DNA of 64,000 nt from Pseudomonadota bacterium (GTDB lineage Bacteria > Pseudomonadota > Alphaproteobacteria > Sphingomonadales > Sphingomonadaceae): assembly GCA_038532305.1 (NCBI GenBank), contig JBCBAX010000001.1:264795-328794 (forward strand), in the 5' to 3' direction. Position 1 is the first letter of the stretch, and each line of letters opens with the position of its first letter. Below are positions 28,467 through 37,782 of the stretch, in pieces. Position numbers and translations under genes: made by a program. The notes beneath the pieces are model-generated. The model was not told the origin of the DNA, made no database searches, and was given only the letters and a program-made list of their open reading frames with translations.

Positions 28467-29474
28467 ATGGCGACTAAAGTTGCGATCAATGGTTTTGGCC
28501 GTATCGGACGGCTTGTTGCGCGCGCTCTTTTGGAGCGGACCGATCATGAGTTTGAATTGGTTTCGATCAACGATCTGGCTGACACAAAATCAAACGCTTT
28601 GCTGTTTCAATACGATTCCACGCATGGCCGCTTTCCTGGCACCGTAGATGTCGCTGATGGCGCGATTGTCGTGAATGGTAAATCAATCGCGGTGACTTCT
28701 GAGCGTAATCCGGCCGATTTGCCACACGCCGCGCAAGGCGTTGACATCGTGCTGGAATGCACAGGCTTTTTCCAAAGCGACGAAGCATGCCGCCCGCATC
28801 TTGATGCTGGTGCGAAACGTGTGTTGATCTCGGCTCCTGCTAAAGGCGTAACAGCTACGGTGGTTTACGGCGTAAACCATGATGTTCTGACCGCTGATGA
28901 TGTCATAGTTTCAAACGCAAGCTGTACAACGAACTGCTTGTCACCTGTCGCAAAAGTGCTGAACGACACTGTCGGCATTGAGCGCGGCTTTATGACCACG
29001 ATCCACTCGTACACGAACGATCAGCGTATGCTTGACCAAATGCATGGCGATATGCGCCGTGCGCGCGGCGGTGCGCAGAACATGATCCCTACGACCACAG
29101 GTGCAGCGCGCGCTGTTGGATTGGTATTGCCTGAATTGGCAGGCAAGCTTGATGGATCATCGGTTCGGGTTCCAACACCCAATGTCAGCCTGATCGACTT
29201 GGTGTTCCAACCAGGCCGTGACACAACTGCCGAGGAGTTAAACGCAGCTCTCAAAGCGGCCGCTGATGGTCCGATGAGAGGCGTGCTTGATTTCACTGAT
29301 CAACCGCTTGTCTCTCAAGATTTCAACCATCACCCGGCAAGCTCAACCATAGACAGCCTCGAAACAGGCGTGATGGAAGGCAAATTGGGCCGTGTTGTAA
29401 GTTGGTATGACAATGAGTGGGGCTTCTCCAACCGCATGATCGACACTGCGGGCGTTATGGCGAAATTCCTCTAA
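28467..29474 (+). CDS. gap: Glyceraldehyde-3-phosphate dehydrogenase
   Basis: INGFGRIGR Rossmann start, catalytic SNASCTTNCL, and WYDNEWGFSNR C-terminus. Confidence 0.95.
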   Translation: MATKVAINGFGRIGRLVARALLERTDHEFELVSINDLADTKSNALLFQYDSTHGRFPGTVDVADGAIVVNGKSIAVTSERNPADLPHAAQGVDIVLECTGFFQSDEACRPHLDAGAKRVLISAPAKGVTATVVYGVNHDVLTADDVIVSNASCTTNCLSPVAKVLNDTVGIERGFMTTIHSYTNDQRMLDQMHGDMRRARGGAQNMIPTTTGAARAVGLVLPELAGKLDGSSVRVPTPNVSLIDLVFQPGRDTTAEELNAALKAAADGPMRGVLDFTDQPLVSQDFNHHPASSTIDSLETGVMEGKLGRVVSWYDNEWGFSNRMIDTAGVMAKFL

Positions 29475-29489
29475 AGCTCCCGTCACCTT

Positions 29490-29912
29490 ATGAACCTTAC
29501 GGAATTGCACCCGGAATACCTTAGCGCGCTCGCGCAGCAATTCGGTTTTCTGGGTGCATTTCTTGGGGGTGTTTCAGCCACAATTTTCGTAACGCTTCTG
29601 ACACTGGCAAAGCCATCAAGTATTGTCCGCTGGGCCATAGGTTTGGCAGCTCTCGGTGCGGTATCATTCATTATTACCGCTTATATGAGTGTCGGGGTGA
29701 TTGCGAACAGCCACCCAAATGCTCCTCCTGAAATGGCTGGAGGGTCATTGGTTGCGGTGCAGGTGATTATGTCGTTGAGCTTTATGATCGGGTCTCTGGC
29801 GCTCCTCGCTGCAATTGGCGTTAGCGGTTGGTCACGGTCCAAACCCCTCGGGATTATCACAAGTGTTGTAGCAGCTCTTGGCGCGGTCCCTCTGATCCTC
29901 GATTTTGCATAG
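29490..29912 (+). CDS. Hypothetical 4-TM membrane protein
   Basis: 140-aa ORF filling the gap-pgk intergenic space (16 nt after gap, 25 nt before pgk). No family recognised. Confidence 0.5.
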   Translation: MNLTELHPEYLSALAQQFGFLGAFLGGVSATIFVTLLTLAKPSSIVRWAIGLAALGAVSFIITAYMSVGVIANSHPNAPPEMAGGSLVAVQVIMSLSFMIGSLALLAAIGVSGWSRSKPLGIITSVVAALGAVPLILDFA

Positions 29913-29936
29913 GCCTTCTTTGGAGAATTCCTTGTC

Positions 29937-31136
29937 ATGCCCACGTTTAAAACTCTCAATGATTTAGGCGATATCGCGGGCAAGGTTGCACTTGTTCGCG
30001 TCGATTTGAACCTCCCGATGAAGGATGGTTCGGCCACCGATGTCACGCGGGTTGAGGCGATTAAACCTACGGTTCTGGAACTCGCTGAAAAAGGCGCGAA
30101 AGTTCTGATGCTTGCGCATTTTGGCCGGCCCAAAGGACAACGCTCCAGCGTTCTGTCGACAAGTATGGTTGTCGGCGACGTCGAAGGCGTGCTTGGCAAA
30201 GAGATAATGTTCATTCCTGAGGTATCCGGCCCGGTGGTTGAACAGAGCATCGGCATACTTCGCGATGGCGATATTGGTTTGCTTGACAACACTCGGTTCT
30301 GGCCAGGTGAGGAAAGCAACGATCCAAACTTTGCTCAAGCCATTGCCGCGCATGGCGATTTCTATGTGAATGATGCATTTTCAGCAGCTCACCGCGCTCA
30401 TGCGACGACCGAGGGTTTGGCGCACCACCTGCCAGCTTATGCGGGCCGTGCAATGGAGCGCGAGTTGACCGCATTAGACAGCGCGCTTGGCAATCCAGAG
30501 CAGCCTGTCGCAGCCGTCGTGGGCGGCGCGAAAGTATCGACAAAGCTCGATGTGCTTCAAAACCTTGTGGGCAAGGTTCAACACCTCATCATTGGTGGCG
30601 GAATGGCGAACACATTCCTTGCCGCACGCGGTGTGGATGTGGGCAAGTCGCTATGCGAGCATGATCTAACCGATACGGCGTCTAAGATCATGGACGAGGC
30701 GGATCACGCCGGGTGCACTGTGCATTTGCCATACGATGTGGTCGTTGCGAAAGAATTCGCGGCTAATCCCGACAGTCTGCGCACCTGTAATGTGCATGAA
30801 GTTGCTGAGGATGAGATGATCCTCGATATCGGTCCTAACGCGACCGAAGCTTTGGCCGATGTCCTCAAGACATGCCGGACCTTGGTGTGGAATGGCCCAC
30901 TGGGCGCGTTTGAAACCGAACCCTTTGATGCAGCCACAATGTCACTTGCTCGTCATGTCGCAGCTCTTACGCAAGAAGGGTCTCTGGTTTCAGTGGCTGG
31001 TGGAGGGGATACTGTTGCAGCGCTCGCGCAAGCGGATGTGACTGACGAAGTTACCTATATCTCAACTGCCGGAGGCGCTTTCCTAGAATGGATGGAAGGC
31101 AAAGAACTGCCTGGCGTAGCGGCGCTTTCGACCTAA
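29937..31136 (+). CDS. pgk: Phosphoglycerate kinase
   Basis: Contains RVDLNLPM, LAHFGRPKG, ..VVGGAKVSTKL.. and ISTAGGAFLEW. Confidence 0.95.
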   Translation: MPTFKTLNDLGDIAGKVALVRVDLNLPMKDGSATDVTRVEAIKPTVLELAEKGAKVLMLAHFGRPKGQRSSVLSTSMVVGDVEGVLGKEIMFIPEVSGPVVEQSIGILRDGDIGLLDNTRFWPGEESNDPNFAQAIAAHGDFYVNDAFSAAHRAHATTEGLAHHLPAYAGRAMERELTALDSALGNPEQPVAAVVGGAKVSTKLDVLQNLVGKVQHLIIGGGMANTFLAARGVDVGKSLCEHDLTDTASKIMDEADHAGCTVHLPYDVVVAKEFAANPDSLRTCNVHEVAEDEMILDIGPNATEALADVLKTCRTLVWNGPLGAFETEPFDAATMSLARHVAALTQEGSLVSVAGGGDTVAALAQADVTDEVTYISTAGGAFLEWMEGKELPGVAALST

Positions 31137-31140
31137 ACCG

Positions 31141-31599
31141 ATGGCTGAGGAAAAGACCGAATACGGCTATGGCAACGCAGTAGAATGCCAAGAAGGTGAA
31201 TTTGCCGGATGGTATCACTGGAACCACGATCCGTTTGAAACTCGCTCTGGTCCGTTCTTCATGCGGCGCGAAGGTGATGGCAGCTACACCAGCGCATTTA
31301 GAGCTGAAGACCGTCATATGAATGGCGGTGGTTTCATGCATGGCGGGTGCCTCATGACCTTTTCTGATTTTGCTCTGTTTGCGATTGCTACAGACGAACT
31401 GGATGGTGCGCATTCCGTCACAATGAATTTGTCGAACGATTTTCTGGGCGCAGTGAAGCCCGGTTCCTTGGTTGAGGCGCGAGGCGAAGTTACGCGCGGT
31501 GGTGGCAAGACGATCTTCGTGCGCGGCTTGATTACAAGCGATGGCGAGCCTGCTATGAGCTTCACCGGCATTATCCGAAAATTCAGCCCTCGCCTGTGA
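31141..31599 (+). CDS. PaaI/hotdog-fold thioesterase
   Basis: 152-aa ORF with GGFMHGGCLMTFSDFAL and a ..GGKTIFVRG.. pattern typical of PaaI-type thioesterases. Starts 5 nt after the pgk stop. Confidence 0.7.
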   Translation: MAEEKTEYGYGNAVECQEGEFAGWYHWNHDPFETRSGPFFMRREGDGSYTSAFRAEDRHMNGGGFMHGGCLMTFSDFALFAIATDELDGAHSVTMNLSNDFLGAVKPGSLVEARGEVTRGGGKTIFVRGLITSDGEPAMSFTGIIRKFSPRL

Positions 31600-31735
31600 A
31601 CCCTATAGGCGGCCATTTCGGCTCGAAACACTCCACCAAAGCCCCTCGCGCTTATACTTGTGGTCAATTGAAGTGCTGCTTGGGCCGAGTTAGGGCGCGG
31701 TGAAAATCGAAAGATCGGATACACAGAGGAACGCC

Positions 31736-32626
31736 ATGAATACGCAAGAAATGACCGCTAAAATTGCCGCAGGACAGGGATTTATCGCAGCGCTCGATCA
31801 ATCAGGCGGCTCCACGCCCAAAGCCCTGCGCGGATACGGTGTTGAGGATGGCGAATGGTCCGGCGATGATGAGATGTTTGGCCAGATCCATGAGATGCGC
31901 AGCCGGGTCATCACCACCCCTTGTTTTTCAAGCGGCAAAGTGATCGGAGCTATTCTGTTTGAGAAAACCATGGATGGCATGGTTGATGGCAAAAGCACTG
32001 CCGATGCCTTGAAAGCGCGCGGTGTTGTTCCTTTCATCAAAGTTGACCAGGGCCTCGGTGATGAGGAGAATCGCGTTCAGCTAATGAAGCCCTTGGATAA
32101 ACTGCCGGCGCTGCTCGAAAAATCGGTCAGCCACGGGATGTTCGGTACCAAGATGCGCTCTGTCATCAAATCGGCCAACGCTGAAGGTATTGCAGCCATT
32201 GTTGCGCAGCAATTCGAAGTTGGCGGTCAGATCGCTGATGCGGGTCTAATGCCGATGCTCGAACCCGAATATGACATTACCGCGGAAGATCGCGAGGCGG
32301 GTGAAGACATTCTGCTAGCTGAAATCATGAAACACCTTGATGCCTTGCCAGAAGGTCGCAAAGTGATGCTAAAGCTTTCTATTCCAGTGAAGCCTGGTCA
32401 CTATACCCCTGCAATCGAGCATCCCAATGTATTGCGCGTTGTGGCTTTGTCTGGCGGGTATTCCACTGACGATGCGTGCGCGCACCTTTCGAAAAATCCT
32501 GGAATGATTGCCAGCTTCTCTCGCGGTTTGCTGCAAGATTTGCGCAAAGGTCAGTCGAATGATGAATTCGATGGCACTTTGGGCAAAGCGATTGACCAGA
32601 TTGCGGCAGCCAGCATTGCTGGCTAA
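31736..32626 (+). CDS. fba: Fructose-bisphosphate aldolase, class I
   Basis: N-terminus GFIAALDQSGGSTPKAL and ..VPFIKVDQGL.. (Schiff-base Lys region) match class I aldolase. AGAGGA RBS lies before ATG 31736. Confidence 0.85.
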   Translation: MNTQEMTAKIAAGQGFIAALDQSGGSTPKALRGYGVEDGEWSGDDEMFGQIHEMRSRVITTPCFSSGKVIGAILFEKTMDGMVDGKSTADALKARGVVPFIKVDQGLGDEENRVQLMKPLDKLPALLEKSVSHGMFGTKMRSVIKSANAEGIAAIVAQQFEVGGQIADAGLMPMLEPEYDITAEDREAGEDILLAEIMKHLDALPEGRKVMLKLSIPVKPGHYTPAIEHPNVLRVVALSGGYSTDDACAHLSKNPGMIASFSRGLLQDLRKGQSNDEFDGTLGKAIDQIAAASIAG

Positions 32627-32638
32627 GGCGCGCGGGTA

Positions 32639-33274
32639 ATGACACCCGGTACTCAGCTTTATCTAATATCCCCGCTCGATGTTGGCGGGGAATTTCCCAA
32701 ACGTCTTGAGCGCGCTTTGGAGGCCGGCGAGGGCCTCGTCACCGCGTTCCAGTTTCGGGTTAAGGGCATTGATCAGCACCAGGCTGCGCGAATTGCCGAG
32801 CCTTTGCAAGAGATCTGCGCAGTCCATGATTGCGCGTTTGTTGTTAATGATAGCGTCCCGCTTGCCAAAAGGCTTGGTGCAGATGGTGTGCATCTGGGCC
32901 AAGACGATGGCGATCCTAAAGATGCGCGCGAAAAATTGGGTCGGGATGTCCAGATCGGTGTAACCTGCCACGCCTCCAAACATCTGGCGATGGAAGCCGG
33001 AGAAGCTGGGGCGGATTATGTGGCATTCGGCGCGTTTTTTCCCTCGACTACGAAGGACAAAGGCAAGGACGCTCAACAACCAAGCATTGAAATGATCGAA
33101 TGGTGGAGTGCGCTTTTCGAGATTCCGCTGGTCGCTATTGGGGGCATTACCCCAGTCAATTGTGCGCCATTGGTAAAAGCGGGAGCAGACTTCCTCGCCG
33201 TTTCAGGCGGGGTGTGGAATACTGATGAGGCCGAGGCTGTTCGGGCGTTCAAGGTCGCAATCGAAGAGTGCTAG
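32639..33274 (+). CDS. thiE: Thiamine-phosphate synthase
   Basis: Contains LYLISP.., FVVNDSVPLAKRLGADGVHLGQDD and ..VAIGGIT..N... typical of ThiE. Confidence 0.85.
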   Translation: MTPGTQLYLISPLDVGGEFPKRLERALEAGEGLVTAFQFRVKGIDQHQAARIAEPLQEICAVHDCAFVVNDSVPLAKRLGADGVHLGQDDGDPKDAREKLGRDVQIGVTCHASKHLAMEAGEAGADYVAFGAFFPSTTKDKGKDAQQPSIEMIEWWSALFEIPLVAIGGITPVNCAPLVKAGADFLAVSGGVWNTDEAEAVRAFKVAIEEC

Positions 33275-33720
33275 TTCGAACTGCCAAGTCTGGTGCAGAT
33301 TAATTTGCTAAGCGATCCGCTGCCGTCGATCTTCTGCAACTGGTTGGAGCCAACACGCTCAAACCGCTCGCCTTTCTTTGGTCCCCGCGTGAATGTCAGC
33401 GTTTTTCCTCGCATCAAGTAGATGCCCCGACCCGCATCATTCTTGTAGCTCGATGCCTGCGCAATCCTGAAGTTCTCACTTTCAAGAACCTGAATTGCGG
33501 CACCTTGTGCATCTCCCGGCAATGCGCATTGATATCGACCATGAGGCATTGTTCCAAGCGGACCGCCTTCAATTGCTGGCGTCGCTGCCAAAGCTTGGGT
33601 GCCCTGGACCGCTGCCCAAAGGGGCTTGAGAATTGGACCGTCTTTCGCAAAAACATCCCCCGAGGACGCAGCAATCAAAGCCGCAGCTCCGGTGAGCAAG
33701 ATAATGTGTCGTGTTCGCAT
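33271..33720 (-). CDS. Hypothetical secreted protein
   Basis: 149-aa ORF with signal peptide MRTRHIILLTGAAALIAASSGDVFA. Overlaps the thiE stop by 4 nt (convergent). Confidence 0.5.
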   Translation of the reverse strand: MRTRHIILLTGAAALIAASSGDVFAKDGPILKPLWAAVQGTQALAATPAIEGGPLGTMPHGRYQCALPGDAQGAAIQVLESENFRIAQASSYKNDAGRGIYLMRGKTLTFTRGPKKGERFERVGSNQLQKIDGSGSLSKLICTRLGSSN

Positions 33721-33913
33721 GATGTCCCGTTTGATCCCCTGGGATTCGTGTTAGCAGGGTAAAAATTTAGTTACCACTGTAATGACACCAATTTACATAT
33801 GCCTGAACCGCAAGCTTGCTGTGGGTTAAGCGCTGGTCTATGCGCGCTGCATCTACGGTCAGGCCGTGTTCGGCCATCCACCCGGACTCTATATTTCAGA
33901 AAGCTTTGGTCTC

Positions 33914-34477
33914 ATGAAAATCAGCGGCGTCGATATCCGCCCCGGCAATATCATCGAATACGAAAATGGCATCTGGAAAGTAGCCAAAATCCAGCACACG
34001 CAACCCGGTAAAGGCGGTGCGTATATGCAGGTGGAAATGAAAAACTTGCAAGATGGACGCAAGACCAATGTTCGTTTTCGCAGCGCTGATACCGTTGAGA
34101 AAGTTCGGCTCGACACGAATGACTACCAATTTCTATATGAAGATGGCGACATGCTCGTGTTTATGGATCAGGTGAATTACGAGCAAATCAATCTGCCATC
34201 AGATTTGCTTGGTGATGCTCGTCCGTTTTTGCAGGATGGGATGCAAGTTATGCTGGAGCTGTGGGAGGAGAAACCCATTAGTGTTCAGTTGCCTGCTCAG
34301 ATTGAGGCAGAGATCGTTGAGGCTGACGCCGTGGTAAAAGGGCAGACAGCGTCTTCCAGCTACAAGCCTGCTGTGCTCGACAATGGGGTACGCATCATGG
34401 TGCCGCCGCATATCGAAAGCGGAACGCGCATTATCGTCGATGTGTATGAACAGACATATGTCGGTAAGGCTGGCTAG
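33914..34477 (+). CDS. efp: Elongation factor P
   Basis: [42 protein letters not shown]. is the canonical EF-P pattern with the KPGKG-type loop. The start is taken at ATG 33914. Confidence 0.95.
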   Translation: MKISGVDIRPGNIIEYENGIWKVAKIQHTQPGKGGAYMQVEMKNLQDGRKTNVRFRSADTVEKVRLDTNDYQFLYEDGDMLVFMDQVNYEQINLPSDLLGDARPFLQDGMQVMLELWEEKPISVQLPAQIEAEIVEADAVVKGQTASSSYKPAVLDNGVRIMVPPHIESGTRIIVDVYEQTYVGKAG

Positions 34478-34483
34478 TTACTT

Positions 34484-35302
34484 ATGAGTATGTTTTCAGG
34501 CCTTGTGCGCGTTATGGAACGCGCAGCGCGAAAAGCGGGTGGGCGATTGCGGCGCGATTTTGGCGAAGTTGAACACTTGCAGGTAAGCCGCAAAGGCCCT
34601 GCGGATTTCGTTTCCAAAGCCGATATGCGCGCTGAGCGCGCAATTTATGACGAACTGCTTCATGCACGGCCTGATTGGGGCTTTGTGATGGAAGAAGCGG
34701 GCATTATTGAGGGCGCGCCTGACAATCCACGCTGGATCGTCGACCCTCTCGATGGGACCAGCAATTTCCTCCACGGCATCCCGCATTTCGCGATCAGCAT
34801 TGCCGTTCAAGAACCTAGACTTGATGGCAAGGGTTGGGGGGATGTCACTGCCGCTGTTATCTATAATCCCATCAATGATGAAACCTATTGGGCCGAAAAG
34901 TCCCGCGGTGCGTGGCTTCAGGATGCGCGGCTTAGGGTTTCAGGTCGTCGGCATTTGGATGAAGCGCTCATTGCGACAGGTATCCCTTTTGCCGGACATG
35001 GCGATTTTGCAGAATGGAGCCGTATTTTTGGTGCGATAGGACCAGAAGTGGCTGGCATTCGCCGGTTTGGTGCAGCTTCGCTTGATCTTGCATACCTTGC
35101 ACAAGGCCGCTTTGATGGCTTCTGGGAAAGCGGATTAAATGATTGGGACACTGCTGCCGGTTGCTTGATCGTGCGTGAGGCTGGCGGCTTTGTCTCTGAT
35201 TTCCGCGGTCGGTCAGAACCAATCCATTCAAAGCAAGTGTTGGCAGCCAATGACGCTTTGCATTCAAAACTGCACAAGATTTTGGCGGGAAGCCTGCGGT
35301 AA
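34484..35302 (+). CDS. suhB: Inositol monophosphatase family protein (SuhB-like)
   Basis: Contains WIVDPLDGTSNFLHGIPHF and WDTAAG motifs. Confidence 0.85.
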   Translation: MSMFSGLVRVMERAARKAGGRLRRDFGEVEHLQVSRKGPADFVSKADMRAERAIYDELLHARPDWGFVMEEAGIIEGAPDNPRWIVDPLDGTSNFLHGIPHFAISIAVQEPRLDGKGWGDVTAAVIYNPINDETYWAEKSRGAWLQDARLRVSGRRHLDEALIATGIPFAGHGDFAEWSRIFGAIGPEVAGIRRFGAASLDLAYLAQGRFDGFWESGLNDWDTAAGCLIVREAGGFVSDFRGRSEPIHSKQVLAANDALHSKLHKILAGSLR

Positions 35303-35374
35303 AGTCTGAAAGCGCACTTTCTTGCGCTTGTCAGCTAAGCTTTGTCTCGCTAACAGCGCGTCCTCACGCAGGGT

Positions 35375-35459
35375 GCCCCTGTGGTGGAATTGGTAGACGC
35401 GTTCGACTCAAAATCGAATTCCGAAAGGAGTGCCCGTTCGAGTCGGGCCAGGGGCACCA
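35375..35459 (+). tRNA. tRNA-Leu (CAA)
   Basis: GCCCCTGTGGTGGAATTGGTAGACGCGTTCGACTCAAAATCGAATTCCGAAAGGAGTGCCCGTTCGAGTCGGGCCAGGGGCACCA. It has a long variable arm, anticodon loop CTCAAAA and encoded CCA. Confidence 0.92.
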
Positions 35460-35534
35460 ACGATTGAAAGACCTATCTTGAAAATCTCGCTTGCCAATTG
35501 GCGCTTGCCCTGAGAGATCAGCGGTATCGGGATT

Positions 35535-37364
35535 ATGCTAGATTTACCTTCTTATCACGCAATGGCCGCAATGGCTGTAACGGTCGCGATGTTTGTGGCC
35601 TTTGCGCGTGGCCGCATGTCAATTGAGATTATCAGTCTGCTCACCATCGCGGTGATAGCGGTTGGGCTGTATTTCTTTCCAATCTCGACGATCAACCCTG
35701 ATACCGGCTTAATGGAGGAAGGAAGCCCAACAGATGGGCTTGCGCTCGCGTTTGGCGGGTTTGGGCATTATGCGCTCATCACAATTTGCGCGTTGATGAT
35801 TATGGGCAGGGGGCTTGTCGTAACAGGCGCACTAGAGCCAGCCGCTCGCTTGCTTGAGCAATTGTTCAAGTTCAATCTTCAGCTGGGGCTTTTGTTCTCG
35901 CTCATCATTACGCTCGTGCTGTCAATGTTCGTCAACAACACGCCTGTTTTGGTGCTAATGATCCCCATTTTTGCAGCGCTTGCCCATCGCGGAGCGATGG
36001 CGACATCCAAGACATTGATGCCTCTTAATGCGGCTTCCCTCATAGGTGGTCTGGCGACCACTATTGGCACTTCGACTAACATCCTGGTGGTTTCCATCGC
36101 GGTCGATCTGGGTATGCGGCAAATGGGTGTGTTTGATTTCACCCCCATTGTGTTGCTCGCTGCGCTGGTTGCACTGCCGTATATGTGGCTTGTGATGCCA
36201 CGGCTGCTGCAAGACAATCGCACTGAAAATCTTGCGACAGAGCGTCAATTTCACACGCGTTTGCGCGTTGGAACTGATTCGGTGCTTGCGGGTAGAGAAT
36301 TGTCCGAGGTCGCAGACAAACTGCCTAAGGGCATAACACTCCACAATGTGCCGACAGGCATTTTGCAGCCTCAGCAGCAATTGCACATTTCAGGCAGCCA
36401 TGAGGCGCTAGAGGATGCAACTCGCGAGCTAAAAGGGCAATTGGCGCCGAGTTGGGTGCTTGACCGTATCAAGCGGACCGCGTCTGCCCAAAGCGAAGAC
36501 GTGATGGTTTTTGAGATGACGGTCACAGCAGATTCGCGGCTGATTACCCGTACACTGCCCAGTTCAGGCATCGCTGATTTGTACAGTGTAGCGGTGTTGG
36601 GGATCCACCGACCAGAAAGGCTTCTGGGTGAGAAAGACCAGTATTCCGAAGGCGGCGATCTGCGCATTGCAGAAGGTGACGTGTTGCTTGTTATGGGGTT
36701 AGAAGAAGACCTCCAGACTTTCGCCCGGACAGATAGCCTTTTGATGTTGGACGGCGCGCGCGAACTGCCGCGTCGTTCCAAAGCTCTTTTAGCCGCCGGA
36801 ATTATGGGCTTTTCGGTTGTAACTGCCGCTGTGGGGTGGCTCCCGATAGCGATTTCCGCGCTTGCGGGTTCGATTCTGATGTTTGTTACCGGATGCGTGA
36901 AGTTTGACCGTGTGGGCAGGGCGCTTTCTGGACAAGTCATTGTGCTGGTTGCTGCCAGCATTGCGATTGGACGAGTAATTGATGAGAGCGGTGCTGCGGC
37001 TTGGCTAGGAGAGGCTTTGTCTTTGGCGCTTGTCTATCTGCCCCCTGCGCTGGTGCTTGCGGCTGTTATGGCGTTTGTAACCTTCATAACGAATTTCGCT
37101 TCCAATGCGACTGCCGCGACAGTGGGCACACCGATCGCATTTGGGATAGCTGCACAATTGGGCATTCCAGCGGAGCCTTTGGTGCTCGCAGTCTTATTCG
37201 GATGCAATCTCTGTTATGCGACACCGATTGCGTATCAGACCAACATGCTAATCATGTCTGAGGGGTCATATGAGTTTTCAGATTATATTCGCACCGGCGT
37301 ACCGTTGGTGGTTTTGATGGTCACCACGCTCTCTATCCTTCTGGTGCTTTGGTACGGGCTCTAA
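35535..37364 (+). CDS. SLC13/DASS-family permease with central TrkA-C domains
   Basis: 609-aa ORF with N- and C-terminal multi-TM halves separated by a roughly 200-aa soluble region. That region holds two RCK-C-like repeats (..GRELSEV..LHISGSHEAL.. and ..IAEGDVLLVMGLEEDL..). Confidence 0.8.
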   Translation: MLDLPSYHAMAAMAVTVAMFVAFARGRMSIEIISLLTIAVIAVGLYFFPISTINPDTGLMEEGSPTDGLALAFGGFGHYALITICALMIMGRGLVVTGALEPAARLLEQLFKFNLQLGLLFSLIITLVLSMFVNNTPVLVLMIPIFAALAHRGAMATSKTLMPLNAASLIGGLATTIGTSTNILVVSIAVDLGMRQMGVFDFTPIVLLAALVALPYMWLVMPRLLQDNRTENLATERQFHTRLRVGTDSVLAGRELSEVADKLPKGITLHNVPTGILQPQQQLHISGSHEALEDATRELKGQLAPSWVLDRIKRTASAQSEDVMVFEMTVTADSRLITRTLPSSGIADLYSVAVLGIHRPERLLGEKDQYSEGGDLRIAEGDVLLVMGLEEDLQTFARTDSLLMLDGARELPRRSKALLAAGIMGFSVVTAAVGWLPIAISALAGSILMFVTGCVKFDRVGRALSGQVIVLVAASIAIGRVIDESGAAAWLGEALSLALVYLPPALVLAAVMAFVTFITNFASNATAATVGTPIAFGIAAQLGIPAEPLVLAVLFGCNLCYATPIAYQTNMLIMSEGSYEFSDYIRTGVPLVVLMVTTLSILLVLWYGL

Positions 37365-37374
37365 CCGAATCGCA

Positions 37375-37428
37375 AAAAAGAACGGCCGCCGAAGCAGGGG
37401 GTTCACCCGCTCCGACGGCCGCTTTCTC
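37375..37428. terminator. Bidirectional hairpin terminator between convergent genes
   Basis: aaaaaag-AACGGCCGCCGAAGCAGGG-ggttca-CCCGCTCCGACGGCCGCTT-tctcc. The stem is about 16 bp with 2 mismatches, with A-rich sequence upstream and T/C-rich sequence downstream. Confidence 0.5.
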
Positions 37429-37463
37429 CTCCCCAGGAGAACGGGTTGAATTTCGTATTCGCG

Positions 37464-37649
37464 TTAACTTGAAGACGGGACGTAAGTGCCCAGCCTGTGA
37501 TGCAGAGCGTTGATTTTGGCGAGTTCGTCTCGGTCTTCGGTGTTACGTGCATGGCTTTCAAGAGCGCGACGAAGCAGCTTCATATCGGCTGTCGAAAGCA
37601 AGGCGCGGGCACGTGATGGCTCGGGTGAAGTGGTGTCTGTGTCGCTCAT
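37464..37649 (-). CDS. Small hypothetical protein (61 aa)
   Basis: ORF downstream of aceA on the same strand, with GGAGA about 11 nt before ATG 37649. No family recognised and coding status is uncertain. Confidence 0.3.
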   Translation of the reverse strand: MSDTDTTSPEPSRARALLSTADMKLLRRALESHARNTEDRDELAKINALHHRLGTYVPSSS

Positions 37650-37782
37650 GGTCTTGTCTTTCTCCGATGATCCGTATTCGGACTTGGTTATGCATAAGCT
37701 AATGACGGGTGAGGTTGGTTCCCGCAAGGCCAGTCTTTTGCTGACCTTGCGAGACCCCTCTCCAACTTGATCACACTGCGGA

